A DNA stretch of 64,000 nucleotides. Origin: Lama glama (lineage: Eukaryota). The notes under the pieces are model-generated. The model made no database searches, was not told the DNA's origin, and was given only the letters and a program-made list of their open reading frames with translations. The translations under genes were made by a program, and so were the position numbers. Where the stretch lies: assembly GCA_028534125.1 (NCBI GenBank), contig CM052832.1:11472001-11536000 (forward strand), read 5' to 3'. Positions 36,771-49,960 of the stretch are shown in pieces. Numbering within the stretch: the first letter of the stretch is position 1; each line of letters starts with the position of its first letter.

Positions 36771-38689
36771 TTGTCCAAGCACAAGCACTACTTTTTAGAC
36801 CTGGGATAATCTACATGCAGACTTGGGGTGGGGGGGTGGAATTCTCTAGCTGTACAGGCACATAGTTCTGCTAAAGATACACCCAGTCTTCATTTGTGAA
36901 CGCAGAACACCAAACAGAACACCTGGCTCTTACCCTGAAGCACCTGAATTGGGGTTATTTCATCTGTAGAGCTTCCCCAAGAATGATGGAGCTTAACCTT
37001 ACAGGTGGAGACTCAAATGGTCCATCACAGTGATTAGATTATCTCAAACAGAGCTGTGTTTGCCTCAAAGATAATATCCAGACTCTCCCAGAGAAGACAG
37101 AAGCCACTTTTAATTCTGAAAATTTTCATCTTCCCCAGTTGAAAGAATGTGAAGGTCTGTTCTCCTCCCACACCTGTTGGGCATTGAGGCCACTGATTAT
37201 TAACATACTCCACTAGCTGAAGGGAGAGTGGCTTCTACCGAAATGAGGACTCTCAGCAATGGGTGTGCCCTGAGATATGCACTGTCATGTCTTCTAATAT
37301 AGAGGGTCCAGTTGTCCATCCATCCCCAGCCATGGGGGATTTGAATGTCCTGTGATGGGAAAACTCCTAATTAAGGGTTAAGCCCTTTATGAAAAACAAG
37401 ATTCAGTTTGTGAGTAAACCCATGAAAGGCCCCACAAATATTTTTATATTCATCAAAACAAAACACTAAAGCCAACACACTAAAGAACATATCATGACAC
37501 CTAACTCATCTTCAGTCTGTCATCATGGGCTCTGTATATTTTACTTCCAATATACACTGAAAGAAACTTCCATCTCTCTCCTTACAGTTTCAACATTAAG
37601 CTTGTAAATTATCTCTATTTTTGTGTGTGATGGCCACGCCGTCTCTGTGTCTGTTTTCCTTCTGTCTGAGAGCTCCCTGCCTTTCTGACGTTATCACTTG
37701 GGAGTTGTTGACTCCCCTGAGATGCACCACCAAACCAGGGTTCCAATCCCCGTCCCCCTCCTCACCCTCCTGATGAATGAGGAAGCGCAGCTCTCAGGCT
37801 GTGAGGACTTCCTCCTTCGGCTTCCTTCATCTCTCCCAAAGCTTCGCTGCAGAGGCCTCTGTTCTGGGTTGGTGATCTGCTTTGCCTCCTTTTTCTGGTC
37901 CTGACTCCCTGGGTTCCACTTACCTCCCAACTAACCAGCTTATATCTGCTGGGACTTATATCTCTACAGAATTAGAGCCACATCTGCTAGCCCTTCATGA
38001 AGGCAGAGCTCAAGGTCAGGGAGGGGAGACGACATTCCCCCTGAACCAGGTCATTCCTGAAGAGCATCCTCTGCAAAACGAGCAAGCACGTCTCCACCTC
38101 TCTCCTTCCGTCTCCTCTCTGGTAACAGTTAGCCACTGCAGAACCATCAGGAGACAGAGCTCTGGTGCTGTTTTCTGGAGACAAAAATAAAAGGATGAGC
38201 AAAAATAAAAGGATGAGTTTTCTAGGCTCTGAAAACAAGGCCATTACCGCCAGCATTTCAAGCAAGCTTATTAAAAAGGCATTTACTTCCACTTACAGAA
38301 ATCAATCATGTTTGCCTATGTAAAGGACTATGAAAAACCCCATTACTAATGAACGTAGTGGTGAACGTGAGGGTAAGTAACCAATCCAAAGGCAGGGGTT
38401 TAGTACATGGGGTCCTGAGCTGGGACTGTTGAAAGGACATTGACTGCACCCACTGCGGGGTTAAGCACCTTCTGTTCAGTCCATGGGGCCCGAGGTAACA
38501 TGTTAATTTAGACCTTCAATACTGCTTTCAGGAAAGGGAATGGGAAAATGCACATCATACGTGAACATAATCAAGGCCTTGGAAACAGTTGCAGTGGGTT
38601 TGCTTTCTTCTGTCCTCTGTTCAGTATGATTTGTGATTCAAACTCCCCCCACGATAATTCCTTTTACTGTTACCACCACCATGGCTGCC

Positions 38690-38890
38690 CCACCTTTGTG
38701 CACCTGCAGTGTGCTGAGCGGTCGACGTGTATTTTGTCTCATTCTTGCAGCAGCCTTACCACAAGGGTGTTATCACCCTATTTTAGTGAAGAAACTGAAG
38801 CTCAAAGGGGTGAAGTGGCCCCAGGTCACAGGTAGCAATTGGCAATCCCAGCTCGCCTGCTCCCAAAGCCTGTGTTCTCTCCACTGTTCT
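38690..38890 (-). repeat. MIR fragment
   Basis: ctattttagtgaagaaactgaagctcaaaggggtgaagtggccccaggtcacag. Confidence 0.65.
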
Positions 38891-41751
38891 AGGATTCCCG
38901 CTGCCACTTCTCCTGCCATTTCCCATTGTCCTCCTGAGTGAGCCTTCACTGCTGTCTGGTGGTTTCGGAAGGCCAACTGCCCTTCTTTGGCTTCTCCTGT
39001 TCCCAGTCTTCCCACTGGCTCCTTCCCTTAAGCTCAGCTCCCGTGGGCTCCCCTGGATGAGTCTCCTGAGTGGCACTAATACCTTGCAGCCCCTGCCCCA
39101 AGCCCTGCAGCAGGTGACTGCAGAGACAGAGCACAGGAACCCTCACTGATTGGACGGAGGGCCTGGCCCATGCATGAGAAACAGGCAGCATGTACACGCG
39201 GCATAGAGAAAAATGACTTTTGAACCTGGAAGCTGAAACCTTTTTCGTTGCATTTTGTCTTTATTTACAAACTCATTGATGCTTTTTCCCTAATCTCCAG
39301 CCTCTTTAGATAGAGAATAGTGCCCACAGCAGGAAACGCTAACTGTGTAAGGCAGTTATTTCACAGGCTGGCTGGCCGGCTGACCAGCCGTGAGCCTTAA
39401 CTCGGGCTTGTTTCTTTCCATCAACTTTTTTAAACCACTTGCTGATTTAAAATTAAGTGAACAGAACCAAGCTTTATCTTGGAGTGAGAGAGTTTATTAT
39501 TGGTATCAAAGAGCAGTGTAGAACTTGTTGTTTTCATGTTTTAATCCATCTAAAAACTACATATATTGCCACATCAAACATCTTAGTGCTTGGGGTTTAT
39601 TTCATAGCCCATGGGTGAGCCCTGCCCTCTACCTCCACGATCAATGAGGGGCCCAAACAAACTAGCCTCCAGTGTGAGTAGCGGACATTGGGACTAAGTG
39701 GGATATCCCTGACCCCATCCTGGAGCAGGGAAGCCTTGAATGCACCCAGGCACCTCTGAGAGCGTCCCCATGCTACCTCTGGGGCTGCAGGGATGGAAGG
39801 CAGAGGCCACATTGCACAGGCCTCCCCTCCCCACAAACAGCATCCCTGGCAACCAGAGCTATGTCTTCAGATGTAAAGAAGGATTAAGATCTTCAGCTGC
39901 TCCTCCAGGGCAGGTCTGGGAGGCTGGTTATATCCCTCCCTTGCTGAGATGAGAACTTACAAGCATCTAAAATAACATCTTTTGAATGGGTGCCAACACA
40001 ATCATGAACCCTCAGCTCCCTGAGATGTTTAGTATTTAACAATTCATGCTGGTTGCTGAGCTAAAATTTTTCCTTACGCTTACGTACACGCACATTTGTT
40101 TGAGCTTCTAACAAATGCATGTATTGACTTAATTCTCTGAATATGTTTATGGCATATTACCACATACTGGAGTGGTGATATCAATAAGCTCCTTAGTCTA
40201 ATTGAGTGTATCCAGTAGCCAAATGCCTAAGCTCCAGACAGAACGTGCTGATCTTGTATGGTTATTGTGATTACTTGGGTGACCAGAATGAATATCCCAC
40301 AGGAAAAGAATCGGGTCTCTCAGACATGATATAATTTGATCATTTTTAAAAATGAGAACATTCCCTAAAATGTGATCATAATGTACCGTTCTAGTGATTT
40401 TTTTAAAAAAGGCACTTTCTTGAAAGCCCAGGCTGCTGTCCGGTGTTTTCATCCTGAGCTGAAATGCACATCAGTTAAGGGGCCCATCATCCTCTACAAG
40501 AGAGGGCGAAGGTGATGAGGTGCTCTGGAGAAAATCCCCGAGGTGGGAAGCAAGGCGAGTTACAATGTGTGTGTTTTTTTAAATAATTGATATGTTTCAG
40601 AATGAGCTGCTTTTTTCCTCTCTCTGTGACTTAGTAATTTTACCAGATATGATATTCAGCATATTGAATGGAAGCAGAATCTTGAATTCTGGAGAACTGA
40701 AATGTCATTTTGGAATGAGAAAACTTAAAAATACTTGCCCATCATTTAGACCATTTCTGGTCTCCCACTCTGTGCTCCCTCAGTGGATTTTTGTCTTTAG
40801 GGGACCCAGAGAAGGACCTACCTTCTTCTGCTCCCAAGGAGGGTAGAAGGCTTCTCAGAGCACCCCCCACCCCAGCTCAGGCCAGTGGAAATCTCTTGGG
40901 TTGCCACTGCTGTTCTGGGCCCCCTCTGACTCTTCATCCTCCACCCTCACCCCTTCTCAGTCAGGTTCCTGAGCAATAACAGAGGTCTGACAAATGAGTG
41001 GAGACACTCCTCGTCACCCCCAGCCCAGTCGCTGAGACTCAGGTCCATGAATCTTTGCAGCCATCACATGTGTGGCAGGTGTCCAAGAGCAGTGCTCAGC
41101 ATACTACAGTAACATCCCAGTTCCCTCTCCAGGAAGCATGCTTCAGTGGGTCTTTAGATTTTAATTTCTTTTTATAAATATATACAAATATACTTTGCAT
41201 CAACCATAAGTCATACGTACTTATTGATGTATGATTTTGTTTTCATCTTGCATGGTTCTCACCTCCTTACCCAAATCATCCTCCATCCCACTTCTACCCG
41301 CAGGTAACCTATCATAACAGCTTTGTAGATACCCATTCACGTCCCCTCCATGCACATATGATCATGTGTATATGCACACGTGTGCACACACACACACTCA
41401 ATTACATACATACACATGTATGGAAGGCTCTTGCCACTGTTTGACCAAACACCAGATCATTTATACCCTTTTTCCCCCATTGTCTTCATTGCTTCCTTTC
41501 TTCTCCTGTCCTACTCTGTTGAATAGTTAAAATTTTGGTATTCCCTCTCTGCAACTGTCTCCTCTGCCTGTTTTCTGATTTTTGATTTGCTAGACATATT
41601 TTTAATCTTCTAAAGTTAAAAAGTAGCTATAACAGTGTCTGTAGTTATTCCACATCCATCCTCTTCCACCCACATCCAGGGCTGTGGCTTAACTCCCCAC
41701 TGGACATCCTCTCACCTGGTCTCCACTGTTAGTATTGCTTAAAGTTTTAGT

Positions 41752-41754
<3 letters not shown>

Positions 41755-41788
<34 letters not shown>
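41755..41788. repeat. (CA)17 microsatellite
   Basis: Read directly from the sequence. Confidence 0.95.
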
Positions 41789-41792
<4 letters not shown>

Positions 41793-41914
41793 GGGTTCCT
41801 GTGGTAGCTAATTAAATATTTTTACATGAATATTCTTTTTTACACTCATCCTTGTTTCTTTTATCTACATATTTCTCTGTGTTGATTTTTCTTCTCAATG
41901 GTTATAATGATAGT

Positions 41915-42133
41915 TTTGACACTCTTATCATTCTTATTATATGCCAGGCACTCTTCCAAGCACTTCACATATGTGACCTCATTCAGTCCTCACAACAGGT
42001 GCTGTTATTATCCCTGTCTTGCAGATGAGGAAACTGAAGCACACTGACATTCATGGCTTACCCAGAGCTGCTCAGCAGGTGGCCCAGCTGGTCTGCAAAC
42101 TAGGGAGCCTGGCTCCAAGGTCCAGGCACTCTT
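41915..42133 (-). repeat. MIR SINE
   Basis: tatgccaggcactcttccaagcacttcacat…cctcacaac…gcagatgaggaaactgaagcac. Confidence 0.8.
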
Positions 42134-42139
42134 GCTTGG

Positions 42140-43010
42140 CTGCCTCTCTGTGAATCCTTCTGGAGAGAGGGGTCTGTGGGAAGTAAATACTCTTAGTTCT
42201 CTTAGGATGGAAGATGACTCTTTTGTGTCCTCTATGGATGACAGTTGGACTGTGTATAAAATTCAGGTTGACAGTTACTTCCCTCCATCATCTCCTGGAA
42301 CTCCTGTTGTCATGGGGGTGGGGAGCTGCTGTCTTTGTTGCTCCTTAGCAGGTCCCCTGGAAGCTGGTAATACTGACTCTTTTTCCCTGAAGTTCACTGT
42401 GATCTGTCTAGGGGTAGATTTATTTCTATGTTTCCTGCTCACTGCTCAGAGTGCACTGTCAACCCACGGGCTCGTGTCTTTCTTCAATTCTGGAAAATCC
42501 TAACTGCTATCTCTTCAAATATTGCTTCTTCACTATTGCCTCCATTCCCTTCTACTAGGACTCTTATCAGACACGTGATGAAGCCTCTCAGTCTCTTCTC
42601 TGTGACTCTTAAGTGCTTTTTCCATTTTTATCCCTTTTGTTTTCTGTGCTATGTCTGGAATGGGTTTTTCTATACTCTCTTCCAATTCACTAATTCACCT
42701 TTAAAGCATGTCCTGTCTGGAGTTTGGTCCCTTATTCCTTCTATTTTTTTTTATTTCAATGACTATTTTTCATTTCAAAATTTCTTTCCTATCCACCTAT
42801 TCTTATTTCATTGATGCTTGTTTCCTGCATGATTTCTTTTTCCTTTTATTTTTTATGGAGGTACTGGGGATTGAACCCAGGACCTCATGCATGCTAAGCA
42901 TGCACTCTACCACTGAGCTATACCCTCCTCCTACCATTCCTTTTAAAGAAAATGTATGCCTTCTCTCTTAATCTCTTTCAGTATTCTCAACATACTTATT
43001 TTGAAGTCTG
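42140..43010 (-). mobile_element. Ancient L1M ORF1-region / HAL1-like fragment hosting the camelid SINE
   Basis: tgtataaaattcaggttgacagt…tgtctaggggtagatttattt…ttcaattctggaaaatc…tctcttcaaatattgcttct, typical of antisense L1 ORF1. Confidence 0.6.
42833..42930 (-). mobile_element. tRNA-derived camelid SINE (vic-1-like)
   Basis: Reverse strand reads gagggtatagctcagtggtagagtgcatgcttagcatgcatgaggtcctgggttcaatccccagtacctcc plus an A-rich tail, with A-box TAGCTCAGTGG and B-box GGTTCAATCC. Confidence 0.85.
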
Positions 43011-43024
43011 TCTTGGGAGTATAG

Positions 43025-43480
43025 ACTGGCACAGTCATGATGGAGAACAGCACCTCAAATTAAATATACAGAACTGCTGAGACCCAACAAAGGAATTTTC
43101 TTGCAGACTTACAAGACTGCATGTTCAAGGATGGTTATCACAGCGCTATTTCTGTTAGTGAAGGGGGTTAGCAATCTAATTGTTCCAGCCTCAGAAAAGG
43201 GAAGTAAAACTGGTGGGTACACAGTATGGAATGTATGTAGCTGTTAGAAACCGTGAACTGGACACACATATAGCAAAATGGGTAGCTGTCAAAAACACAG
43301 TACTGATAAACCGGTAGGAAACAGAATGAGAACTGCAGTACAATGTTACTTTCATAGCTTAAAAACTGTGCAGAAAACTCATGACACAAATTGCAAGAAT
43401 GTATACAAAAAGGATATGCATCAAACTACTTAGAATGTCTGCCTTTTGGAGGAAGAGGAATGGGACATGGGGCATAAGGC
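43025..43480 (+). mobile_element. Ancient L1ME 3' fragment
   Basis: ttcaaggatggttatcacagcgctattt…caatctaattgttcc…aaaactggtgggtacacagtatggaat is a decayed L1 ORF2 end and 3'UTR. Confidence 0.55.
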
Positions 43481-43504
43481 ACAGGGATAAAAATGCACAC
43501 ACGC

Positions 43505-43629
<125 letters not shown>

Positions 43630-46600
43630 GTTGGGGCTTTGCCCAGACTCAGAGGAGTGGTGTGTAGTGTACTGAGGAGTAAAACTGACTCAATCCTCTG
43701 TGTTTCTGCATCAGTAAATGTCTTTTTTTGCCTGAAAATAATGAAAAATTATTTTCATCTGTAGCAAACTCCTATCCCAACTATTGATCTTGCTATCTTT
43801 TTTTAGCGTTAGATTTATTCCTATGTTTTGGCCTTTTGGTGGGCAGGTCTGTTTTTAATCAAATACATTTTATTTCTTTCTCTTTCTCCCTGTCCCTTTG
43901 TCTGACAGACCCTCCAGACCCCCAGTCCAGAAACAACTCTAAGAAGGCCAGTTTGGAGCGACGGCTCCACGGCAGTCTTGGGACAGGGATGTCGCCCATC
44001 TGGGCAGAGAGTCGGTGGGCAGCTTGGCTTAGCAAACAGAGAGGCTGAGTTTGCTCCTTTCTTCTGTCTTGGGCTCGCAGTGGCGTGAACCACAGCTCTA
44101 GGCGACATCGGGCAGCCCTTGCTTTTCCTCTGTCTCCTTTCACTCACAGGCTGGGTGGCGGGGAGTCTCACCCGAGACCTGCAGCTTCAAACCATGTCCT
44201 GCATGGTGCACTTTTAGTCTCCTTCCTGCTTCTGCACCGGAGCTCTGAAGGTTGAAGGCTTAAGCTCCACTTACCATTTTGTATTTCTGGCCCACTTCCG
44301 GTCTTCAGAAATATGTGTTGTAACCCAACCAGCAAGGTGGTCTTGATAATCTCTTTTTTTAAATTTTACCCACCATTGCTATGGTGGGAAAGAGTTGATT
44401 CCTGCCTCAATAGATTTTTCACATTATACGAATGAGTTTAGATAAAGCCTGATGAAATACTCATTAGCAAGGAGAAGATGAATATGCCTGATTTTAAGGC
44501 TTCAAATGATGTGCATCCTCCTGTTTACTGGAAATTCATCTAGGGATTGCACACTTAATTTATGCTAGGCCCATGCTTTTTACAAACAGCCTTCTAGGCA
44601 GCTTAGGGAATCCAGCCTTTGGTAATCACGATCCTCTGTTTAGAGTACAGAGAAATCACATCACAGCCAGAATCCACGCTCCAAATTGAGAATCACGAAC
44701 TAGACCTTCCCTTTCAAAGGGGCCCCTCCCCCTCAGGCAGGAAACACTCTGTGTGTTCTTCCCACACCCAGTCCTGCTACTGAAGTTTATTTTAATTTGC
44801 TTGTCCTGGAATACAATAGCAGTGCAGTCAAACAGAAGAAGAGATTTTTCCCTGGGTCCAGAGCCGTTGGTAATTATCTAGGACCCTGGAATCGAGTATA
44901 AATAGAACTCCATCTCCCCCCAAGCCCTGCTCCTCCATTCAAGCCGTCCCTTCCAGCCCCTGTCCCAAACCAACGTGTACCTTCCTCACCCTCTTGCCCC
45001 AACAGTTCTCTTTGACTGGAATGCGTTTCCCAACCCCACCTTAACCCCTCTGCTCTTCTCAGAATGCACTCAGTTCTCAGCCTTAGTGATGATGCCTTTC
45101 CTGATGCCACTAACCCACCCTTCCCTCCTGATTGACGTGTAGGCACTTGCCCTTCAGGACCTGTCACCTTGTGAATACAGCATCCTTTCAGTATGTCTGC
45201 AAGTGGCTTGCTGCCTAAAACTAGTGCCATGTGTCATATATGCTAGTGTGTTACCTCTTGATCCACCCAAGAGTATTGAGATATAGTAAAGCCGATATTC
45301 TGAGTTATATTATGATTCCCATTTTTTTCAAATGACAAAATTGAGGCTTAGAGATGTTAAGTAACTTGCCCTACTAGGAACTAGCAGAGTTGGGATTTGA
45401 ACTTTATCTACTGACACATTTGTAATTACTTTCTAGTACAACCAAAATGGCCAAGAGGTTTACCTCATCTCAGATCCAGCTCCAAGTGACTGGTTAGAGC
45501 TGCCAAAGTGCTGGGTTGAAGAGCCAGACTCAGGCTCAGCAGGAAAGCAAACCTTCCATGACAGAGGACCAAGGTCAGCCGTGGGTTCAGCTTTTCAAAC
45601 GAAGAGCACGTGGGCCACCTATGTGCCGTCCCCCACCCCAGGCTAACTTTCTTGAGCTAGGACAGAGTCTTCCACCAGTCTGTGTATTCCACCGCACTTA
45701 GAACACAGAGCTTCACACAGAGTGGAGGAGCAGTGATCAGGTACTGCTTGATAGTAGCATCAGCACCACATCACACAGAAGCTGCACGAGCAGCTCCAGC
45801 AGCTGTCCTAGAGGAGTCATCAATGGTGGGCTCTGCTCTGAACCCTCTAAGTAGCTTTTGCTTGGTGAGGAATCTCAAACTAACATGCATGCAAAATAGT
45901 GTGACACTTAAGGAAACTTGTTTCATCCAGAAAACAGAGTATCAGTGTAAAAAAATGAGTTTTGCTTCTGCATGATGATAATACCTTTCATATGAACTAC
46001 CACTTTGTACAAAGAAACTATACACCACGCAGTGCACCGCCTCCACATACCCTGCACGTGGCTGTCCTTAAGGTCATGCATCTCTTCTGGAGGGGGCTCC
46101 CTATGGGTCGATGCAGGCTCTGCGTACCCATGTCCCCTGCTGCTGCCCCCAGTCTGTCAGCTAATGAATCCGGAAGGGAGAGGTGTCTGTAGCCTGCACT
46201 GTTGTAAATTACTGGAGACAGAATTACTAATTACCACCGTTCTCCTACAAGCAGAGCTCTCCTCCCCTTCCCGGCTTCCCTCCCAGACCATCTCTGCCTT
46301 GGGCTGGGAGTTCTTTTTCCGTTTCATCTCTTTTCCATACCTCAGGACAGGGATGGGTCCAGGAACCCAGGCCAAAACCAGCAAATTTATCACCGTGCTA
46401 ATGACAGCGAGCTGCATGCTGAGTGAGTTCTGCAGTCCCCCCTCAACTCCTTCTTCTGCCAAAACCTGTGGAGCTGCAAGATCCAGTGACTGCAGAGGCG
46501 GTTATCTTCACATGAAGAATGGCTCTGTTGGAAGACGCAGTTAGGGATCAGCCACAAGGCTATTTGTAGAAGCTTGTTTGGGAAGATCTCAAAAACAAAA

Positions 46601-47659
46601 ATGGCCATGTGGTGGGAGATGTTGGCCAACTGGCCAAAACTGAGCATCAACTAAACGTATTTTAAACCTACCTTTATCAATATGCAGCATTATAATGACC
46701 CATCTTTTGTCCCCTGGGATGGCTCGATGTTCTGGGAGTAGGTATCTATGTTTGCATAGTTTACAGAATGTTCAGTCTTAGTGGCAAAACTCCCCTGTTT
46801 ATTTACATGAGCAGCATTTCCCAGTCTGGAGTTACGGAGAATGCTTAACCCTGTCATTCCCAAATAGCTTCCCCAAGATTTGGGAAGGGGAGCCTGGGCA
46901 TTCCGCCAGGAGCAGAGGAAGCTGTGACATCCTAGGCTGAGACCCTACTGAGAGGCACGTTGCTGGGGAGGCATGTGGTCAGGGAGGCCAGCTGTCGAGG
47001 ATGCTCTTCGGTGGGGAGGCTTGTTATCAGGAAGGTAGTTTTCCAGGGAAGAAGGCAGCCCAGGGTGTGCTCTAAAGGAGCTGTCACTGTCCAGTCTCAT
47101 TAGGAAGCAGGGACCAGGCACATAAGAGGCTCACGGTGCAAGACACCTGTGCCAGATACCCAGGAAGCCAGCCAGGCACCAAGGCAGCAGTAGCGCTCCC
47201 TACAGTGGGCGTGAGAAAGCCCTTGATGACCTCCTGGAAATGAAGAGGTGTGTCCAAATGGTGTGCTGTATTTGTCACAGCACTATTTCCTATTTGAAGA
47301 ATGTGCATGCCGTGCCTCTTTAAAAATCAAGTCAGCGGTGTTTGCCACAGACTGGAGTTTCAGCCCAGCACCACCCCTGGGCCCCAAACCTCTTCACTCT
47401 GCGTGTACAGACAGTAGGGTCCTGTGGCTCAGAGTTGGGAAGACAGGCCCGGCTTTCCAGTCTCATTGGCTGCAGGCTCAGCCAATACTCATCCTTAGGC
47501 TGAGTTTCCACCTCCCCGCCTTCCTCCCATCACTTTCCCTAAGTTGTCTCTCTCCCCTCCTTGGAATTATGGTGTGACTATTGCTTCTGCCCAATTCTTA
47601 GCTTCCTCTCTGTGCATGGTCCTCTCCAGTGGGGACATGTGGAAGGCAAGGCAGACTTG

Positions 47660-47990
47660 CACTATGATGCACCTGGAGACAGCGGCCTCCCAGGGGAGCT
47701 GAGGAATTGGTGATTCTTAGCCCAGAGAGGACAAGTCTAAGCGGAGAAACCATAGCATCCTCCGACGTGTGAGGGGGGTCTCACTGCTAGTGAGAGAGGA
47801 TCCTTTCTCTGTGCTGTTCCAGAGAACAGGCCAGGTCCAAATCGGAGAGTTACAGGGAAGCAGGCATCAGTACAGATCAGTAATTCCTTCCATACTATTT
47901 AATCAGTGGAGCAGAGATGAAATGACCATTTCATTTTGTAGAAGGGATTCCTAAATCAGGTGGGAAGTTAAACTGAATGGCCTCTGCCAT
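47660..47990 (+). repeat. L3/CR1 LINE 3' fragment
   Basis: gctgaggaattggtgattcttagcccagagaggacaagtctaagcggaga…agttacagggaagcagg. Confidence 0.5.
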
Positions 47991-48499
47991 CCCTCTCAGT
48001 GAGAACGTTCTAGGAGTGCCCTGGACTTTCAGGGAGTGAGGTTTCGTGTGACTGCTTCACTGTCTGCTCATCTTCTGAAAACTCAGTTCAGCTGTAGCCT
48101 TTGAGGCATAGAATGTACTTTATACAAGGAAAGAAATATACTAGCAAGGGAGCAATGAAGTTCCCAGGCTTTCTCAGCATCCCTCATGGCCTGATCTCAT
48201 CTCCCAAGTGGGACATGCGGTACAGACCGCGCTGACATCATGACAAGTGTGCGGAGCCCTTGGACATAAACAAACCCCCGGGCTGCTGTGTCACCCACCC
48301 CTCAAGCACGACATCACAGAGTTTTAGAGACAGAGGAAGCCTGGAGAGTGTGTCATCCCAGCTGCTGCCCAGGGCAGGAGTTCTGCATCCAACAGCCCAA
48401 CAGAGGGCTGCCCAGCTTCTGCTCGAGCACTTTCCCAAAGGGGCTCACTGCTTTGCCAGGAGGGTTACTCCGTTCAGAGACAATTTAATCCACATTGAG

Positions 48500-48900
48500 A
48501 CAGTCCTCATGGTGAGCTGTTTCTTCCTCATTGAGCCCCAGGTCTGCCTCCATTTGTCTTGACTCTTACCCTCAGCTGTAGGACAAGAAAAATCTGTTTT
48601 CTCATCCACATGACAACGTTTAGATTTTTAAAGATGGCTGCTATCTCTATACCTCCAAGTAATTACTCCCTGTCTAAACGTCTCAAGTCACTATTTCTCA
48701 TTTGGCGTGGTTTCAGACCCCTCACCATCCCAGTTGCCATCTCCTAAATATTTGCAATTTTACTAATGTTCCTTACAAAAAGTAGCTCCTAGAACAAATA
48801 GCAACTGTGGTCTGACCACTGTGAAGCCCCGTGGAGCTCTCACCTCCCTTGATCTACACACTGCATCTTCGTTAACGCAACATGGAATTACAGGTGTTTC
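48500..48900 (-). repeat. L3/CR1 LINE fragment
   Basis: ggtttcagacccctcaccatcccagttgccatctcct…gtggtctgaccactg…cacctcccttgatctacacact. Confidence 0.6.
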
Positions 48901-49365
48901 ATACCAGATCAACTGCTGTGTTCATAGGAAGGTTATCGTCAACTAAAACCACCATCTTCTTTGTTTGACACAGTTTCTTACAGCTTAAAATAAAGAAGTG
49001 GATTTAAAGGTGGCCCTATAAATTATTAAAAGATCAAATCTTGCCTCCTCCTTCATTAATAATGGACAGAATGATTTAAGAGACTAGAGCTCTAGCAGAG
49101 ATTGTGAGTGACAGACTAAGACAATTGAAGGCAAGTTGATTGAATCCAGACATGAAGTGTGTATCTGCCTTGATGTGCCAGGACCCCAGGCTTTGCAGGC
49201 CCTTCTTCCAGCACAATCCAGGGCATGGAAGGGCTCTTCTTGGAAGCTATGCCCACCTTTGTCTTTTTCACTCTACCTAATTTTTTTAGCTCGCCTCATG
49301 CTTCTGAGGCCGTCTTCCTCCAGCCCACTGAAAACTCACTAGGGTTTCCTTTGTGTCTTTGGCAG

Positions 49366-49416
49366 GTCGCCTGAAGGAAGAAATCACCCAGAGGCACGTG
49401 CAGCAGGTAGCTCTAG
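49366..49416 (+). CDS. KIF6: KIF6 internal coding exon, 51 nt, symmetric phase 1-1 (about human exon 16)
   Basis: Acceptor tttcctttgtgtctttggcag|GT and donor TAG|gtgggt. Translates (G)RLKEEITQRHVQQVAL(G), versus recalled human GHLKEEITQRHIQQVALG. Confidence 0.95.
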
Positions 49417-49769
49417 GTGGGTACCACATGGAGCCTGCAGGAGGAAGGGGAAGGTAACGCAAGCCGATCTGTTCTGGGGAACCCACACGCAGCTGGAGGA
49501 CGCCCATCCCAAGCCCCCGGGAAGGTTACGGGGTGGGGTGGGAAGGTTTGCTGTCAGGGCAGCTTTCTTTGGAAGCCCCTCCTCTCTGGGACCAGGCTCC
49601 CCGACCTGTGTGCTTGATTCCGGCTGTCAGCACCTGGCCCCCCATCCTCCCCACTGCTGCCTCATCCTCCTGACCTCTTCCACCCCACACCCCTACCTAA
49701 ATTCACCCCCTCTGTCCCAGCTCCTCAGGGTCCTACTCTGAGCTTTCTAGAACCATGACTAGTGATGAA

Positions 49770-49960
49770 AACAGCCACCAGTGGCTGGACTACCTCTAAG
49801 CACTGACTGCTTTATGCGCATGGCTCCGTTTACCCCCAGCAATCCTAAGAGATAAGTGCATTTTCCAGATGAAGGCCATTCAATGACTTGCTCAAGGTCA
49901 CAAGGTTAGTAAGTGTTGAAACCAGGACGTGAACCCAGGTCTCTGAGTCCAAACTGGGTG
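49770..49960 (-). repeat. MIR fragment
   Basis: attttccagatgaag…tgacttgctcaaggtcacaaggttagtaagtg…gaacccaggtctctgagtccaaa. Confidence 0.7.

Noticed and set aside
42857..42930. tRNA-Ala-like sequence as a real tRNA gene
   Set aside because: It has an A-rich tail, an imperfect acceptor stem and sits inside an old L1, which fits a tRNA-derived SINE.
47660..48900. Oppositely oriented L3/CR1 fragments upstream of the 51-nt exon as a dsRNA hairpin
   Set aside because: The copies are too diverged; I could see no extended complementarity.
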